Positions 60,601-64,000 of a stretch of 64,000 nt of DNA are shown one piece after another (the stretch's first letter is position 1; each line of letters starts with the position of its first letter). The stretch is from Neodothiora populina (taxonomy: Eukaryota). A model generated the notes under the pieces. The model was given only the letters and a program-made list of their open reading frames with translations, ran no database searches and was not told the DNA's origin. Position numbers and translations under genes: made by a program. The DNA is taken from the NCBI RefSeq assembly GCF_041146345.1, contig NW_027191406.1:1364001-1428000 (forward strand). Reading direction: 5' to 3'.

Positions 60601-61572
60601 TGTCTGATGTTTCTGATGCCGGTGGTTGTGTAGAAGGCTTCTGCCGCATCTTGCAGTTCCCAGTCAGGCACTGAGTAGGCAGGCTGGACTCTGGGTATGG
60701 GGCCCTGCTGGCTGAGGTGAGGGCGTGACGCTGGAGGAGGAGAAGAGGCTGGAGGAGAGTCAAAGTATGAGCTCGACAGAGAAAGATCCTCTTCGTCGTG
60801 AGTCAGACGACTATACTGCTGGCTCGAGGCTGCAGAGGCGTGGTTAGACTTGAGCGCACTCTGCCCAGAGATGGACCGCTGGTGTTGAGCAGGTTGCGGA
60901 GAAGAGTGATCGATAGACGAGCGTCGGGGACGAGCATTACTCTTCGTAAACGCTTCCGGCGCTGCGACACTGCTTCCTCTGACATGGCTTGTGGCTCGTT
61001 CTCGGTCGGTCTCCAGTCTTCCGCCACTGACCCAGGTGGCATCTAAATTGGAGTCATTGAAAGAAGATCGCCTTTTTCCTTTCGTTCGATTGCCTTTCGG
61101 TTTGCCGATGGCATAATGCTCATCGCGCGCCTTCTCTGCTTCCTCATCTAACGAATGCGTCTCATTGCGACGACTCTCGTCCCTTCCGTCGTATTGGTCA
61201 TCGTCCTCGTCTCCACCAAGTACAATATGAATGTCCAATCTGGCGAGTAGCGCACGGAACCTAGCAATCAGATCTCGATTGTCAGACGTCGTGGGCCCCT
61301 CGCCCAGGCGCAGGAGATATCTAAAATAAATCTGATCATGCTGGGTGGGGATATTGTGTTCGGCAAGGATGGTGTCGTAGGCGGCGAACAAGGCGCGAAA
61401 GGGAGGGGTTTTGGACTCTGCCGCTAGAGAGACGATGCTGTAGAGGATGTTGACATCTTTTTGCCGTGGTCAGTTTTATCCTTTATGAACCTCAGGAAAA
61501 ACAACAACAAGAAAATGAGATACCTTCATCAGTCAAAACCGGCAACTCATCAAGAACCAACGAGTTTGACAT
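57636..61572 (-). CDS. SFI1: Sfi1 spindle-pole-body half-bridge protein; exons 61572-61524 and 61456-57636
   Basis: Long helical region of periodic [LF]..W repeats (AFSLWQ, AFTHWS, YFNAWR, WFSVWR, FDHWRR); upstream exon MSNSLVLDELPVLTDE splices in frame to DVNILYSI..PFRALFAAYD. Confidence 0.82.
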
Positions 61573-61849
61573 TCGCAAAGAAAAGAAGTAGTAGTAGGTA
61601 GACGAATAACCACCGATTCTACCTCTTCAATCACCTGACCTCGTCGACTACTACTACCACCGCCCTCTTTCGGGTGGAAAACGGTTCCCACCGCCCTCTT
61701 ATGAGCGGGTCACTCGTTCACCTCAATTGGCCTTTTTGCTGATGGTATGTTGATTCGCGCAAGGCTTTCCGTCTGACCCTCTTCTTCCCGTACGCCTTCA
61801 TTGATGTTCTGTTTTCCTCTTTCGCGCCGACTCGATATTCGAATGTCCA

Positions 61850-61861
61850 ACGCGAACGCGT
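61850..61861. promoter_or_regulatory. Tandem MCB-like elements (ACGCGA ACGCGT) upstream of SFI1
   Basis: caacgcgaacgcgtgc about 280 nt upstream of the SFI1 ATG, with further CGCG cores nearby. Confidence 0.5.
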
Positions 61862-62388
61862 GCGCTCGTCGGACGCTGACCGGCGCGCGAGTGGAGTTTC
61901 TACCGGGGATTGATTTCTGCTATGACATGCTGCTGGATCAAAAAGACAAAGAAAGAATGCGCAATGTGTCGAGGTTGTTTTGTGGTTTCTTCGTGGATGC
62001 GACGGAATTGCTGGTTGGCTGGATGATTCTGTTTATGTTTCAAAGACACACGAACGGGCGCGCGTCAACAACAAGCGATAAGGTACAGTAGGTAGACCCT
62101 TGGTTTTTATAATTGACAAAAGAGCTCTACACTAGTCGGGTCCAAGGATTGCGGAGAGATATGCAGAAACACGGACAGACGAGAGGAACATCAGATAAGA
62201 TGATCAATGACCAAGGGTCCACCGAGGACATCGAGCAACTCCATGATGTCAAGAACGACAGTGATCCAAATGCAAAGAGGCGATATCTGATATCTGTATA
62301 TCTTACATAGCAGCACTCCCTAATCACCATCCATACTCTACATATCACCGGAAGCAAAGACTATCTCACCAACAACCTCAAGAACAAT

Positions 62389-62829
62389 ATGACAAAAATG
62401 TCCTCGGCGACGAAAGCAGTAAAGCCGCTCGAGAGATTCACACAAGCCATGGGCAAATGCGGTCTAGAAGTCAGTTTTGCCTGCCCTTGTCTCCTCTTCC
62501 CCGCCCTCGTCTCCTGAGACAACCCAAGCTCCTCCTCGAGGCTACATGTATATACAAGGAAATCAAGACTAAAGCAGAAGTGAACAAAACAGGGCGCAGC
62601 GTACGGCAAATGCATAGCGGCCGACTATCAGAACGTGCGAAAGGACATGTGCAAGAACGAGTTCATGAAGTTGAAGAATTGCTATCTCGTATGTTTCGTC
62701 TATCTGCCTTTTTGTCCTTTTTGCTTCTTCGTTTATTCATCTGCCTGACTTTTGACCGGTTGTGATTTATTTTCTATTGCTTTTGCTGATCTTGGCGGTT
62801 TACAGGCTGCTGCTGGGCGGCAACGATGA
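62389..62829 (+). CDS. Small twin-CX9C mitochondrial protein (NDUFAF8-like); exons 62389(or 62398)-62469, 62593-62688, 62806-62829
   Basis: Spliced MSSATKAVKPLERFTQAMGKC-GLEGAAYGK-CIAADYQNVRKDMC-KNEFMKLKN-CYLAAAGRQR*; two exact CX9C motifs; phase-0 GT-AG introns. Confidence 0.82.
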
Positions 62830-63197
62830 TTGCATTCACTCTTTCTGCCTCTTTATTTTTGTCTCTATGACTAGCTGAAATAGTGAGAGGGAGGAAAGGA
62901 ATGGAGAAAGACGGAGAAAGATTCTATAACAAGTCATCGAGTCTTCATGTCGTGTCGTGTCGACCTCGAAGGCCTTTGTTGCGACGATCAATGTGCAGAC
63001 ATACGATGCACAGGATATATAGATTGTGTGGGATTCTGACGACAACAAAAACACTTTTCATCATTTCATCTTTATTCTCTCTTTTTGTCTTGTTTGATCC
63101 CGTGTATATAGGTCGTTGCACCTTCTATGCAAGATATCTCGTCTCTAGAGAAGCTAGAAAATAAGGAAACAAGAGAAAGAAGTCGCAGAAAAGACAT

Positions 63198-64000
63198 CTA
63201 GAGCTTGACGAGTTTCAGCAACACGGTCAAATCCCTGACCTCGGCCTCTTCCTCGGCCGTCACGTCACCAGCAGAACCATCCTCCTTGACCACCTCCTTG
63301 GCAGCCTTGTCGAACATGGCCTTTTGATCGGCAAACATCTTCTCTACCTCGTCCGCGTTGCCCTTGGTGACGCTGTAAGTGACCCTGACATCATCCGTGG
63401 GGATCAGACCGGCCTTCTTGCGCAGTCGCTGCACGCGGTTCAGGAATTCTCTGGCGAGTCCCTCCTGGGCGAGTTCCGGATATGCGAAACTGTCGAGAAT
63501 GACAAGGCAGTTGTCGTCGACCGCGACCTCGTAGTTCTTGGTCTCGGGCGTCTGCTTGATGCCGCGTTGTACGCGGAGGTCCTCGGCCGACAGCTGGCAG
63601 CCTTCGACGGTGATGCTGCCCGTCTCGAGGAAAGCCTTGATCTCCGACGCCGGCAGGTTGGGAAGTGCCTTTTTGACCTTGGCGGCGTCCTTCTTGAACT
63701 TCATACCCAAGTTCTTGACGTCTGCGAGAACAGAGTACTCGACTCCGTATTTCTGCTCGTCGGAACTCAGGACAAGATCGCGAATGTTGAGCTCTTCCTT
63801 GACGTATCCTTCTAGCGACTTGACGTCGGCGAGGTATTCGGGGTCCGAGTGGATGACGATCACCTCCTTGAGTGGTGTCTTGAGGGAGATGGTACGTCTG
63901 TCACGGCAGAGACGGCCCTGCTCGATGACGGTCTGCATGCGCTTGACGCGTCTCTCGACCACCTCGTCGAAAAGCTCCTCTCGCACTTCTGGGTAGGACA
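63198..64000 (-). CDS. ILS1: Cytosolic isoleucyl-tRNA synthetase, C-terminal part (gene runs off the window)
   Basis: R..R...ISLKTPL, YVKEELNI, LG.KFKKD, EGLAREFLNRVQRLRKKAGL.PTD, typical of the eukaryotic IleRS C-terminal domain. Confidence 0.9.
   Translation of the reverse strand, partial: SYPEVREELFDEVVERRVKRMQTVIEQGRLCRDRRTISLKTPLKEVIVIHSDPEYLADVKSLEGYVKEELNIRDLVLSSDEQKYGVEYSVLADVKNLGMKFKKDAAKVKKALPNLPASEIKAFLETGSITVEGCQLSAEDLRVQRGIKQTPETKNYEVAVDDNCLVILDSFAYPELAQEGLAREFLNRVQRLRKKAGLIPTDDVRVTYSVTKGNADEVEKMFADQKAMFDKAAKEVVKEDGSAGDVTAEEEAEVRDLTVLLKLVKL

Noticed and set aside
63324..63996. + strand ORFs over isoleucyl-tRNA synthetase
   Set aside because: Antisense shadows of a codon-biased gene

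Overview
Eukaryotic DNA from a filamentous ascomycete (Pezizomycotina-type GT-AG introns of about 50-180 nt with CTRAC branch points; microsatellite-rich intergenic spacers). About 18 protein-coding genes can be supported, with exons assembled by hand: a split pseudokinase, a PRKRIP1/DUF1168 protein, a Det1-like histidine phosphatase, the sulfite reductase flavoprotein MET10, a Rad5/16-like SNF2 ATPase, a GH16 Crh-family transglycosylase, a laccase, an HFCD-flavoprotein/ankyrin-like fusion, a GAF hybrid histidine kinase, STE20, HSE1, cytochrome b5, an adenine-deaminase-fold enzyme, a small membrane protein, a GH78 rhamnosidase, SFI1, a 3-exon twin-CX9C protein missing from the ORF track, and the 3' end of cytosolic isoleucyl-tRNA synthetase. 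I found no supportable tRNA, rRNA, transposon or CRISPR array. The most notable observations are (i) a 2-nt micro-exon needed to keep the histidine kinase in frame, (ii) a deaminase whose catalytic HxxE motif is replaced by HCDIDQ, a candidate N6-substituted-adenine (cytokinin) deaminase, (iii) an apparently catalytically dead HFCD flavoprotein fused to an F-box-like segment and ankyrin-like repeats, lying between a laccase and the histidine kinase, and (iv) a pseudokinase split by long low-complexity inserts. All family assignments come from motif recognition by eye; no database searches were run.
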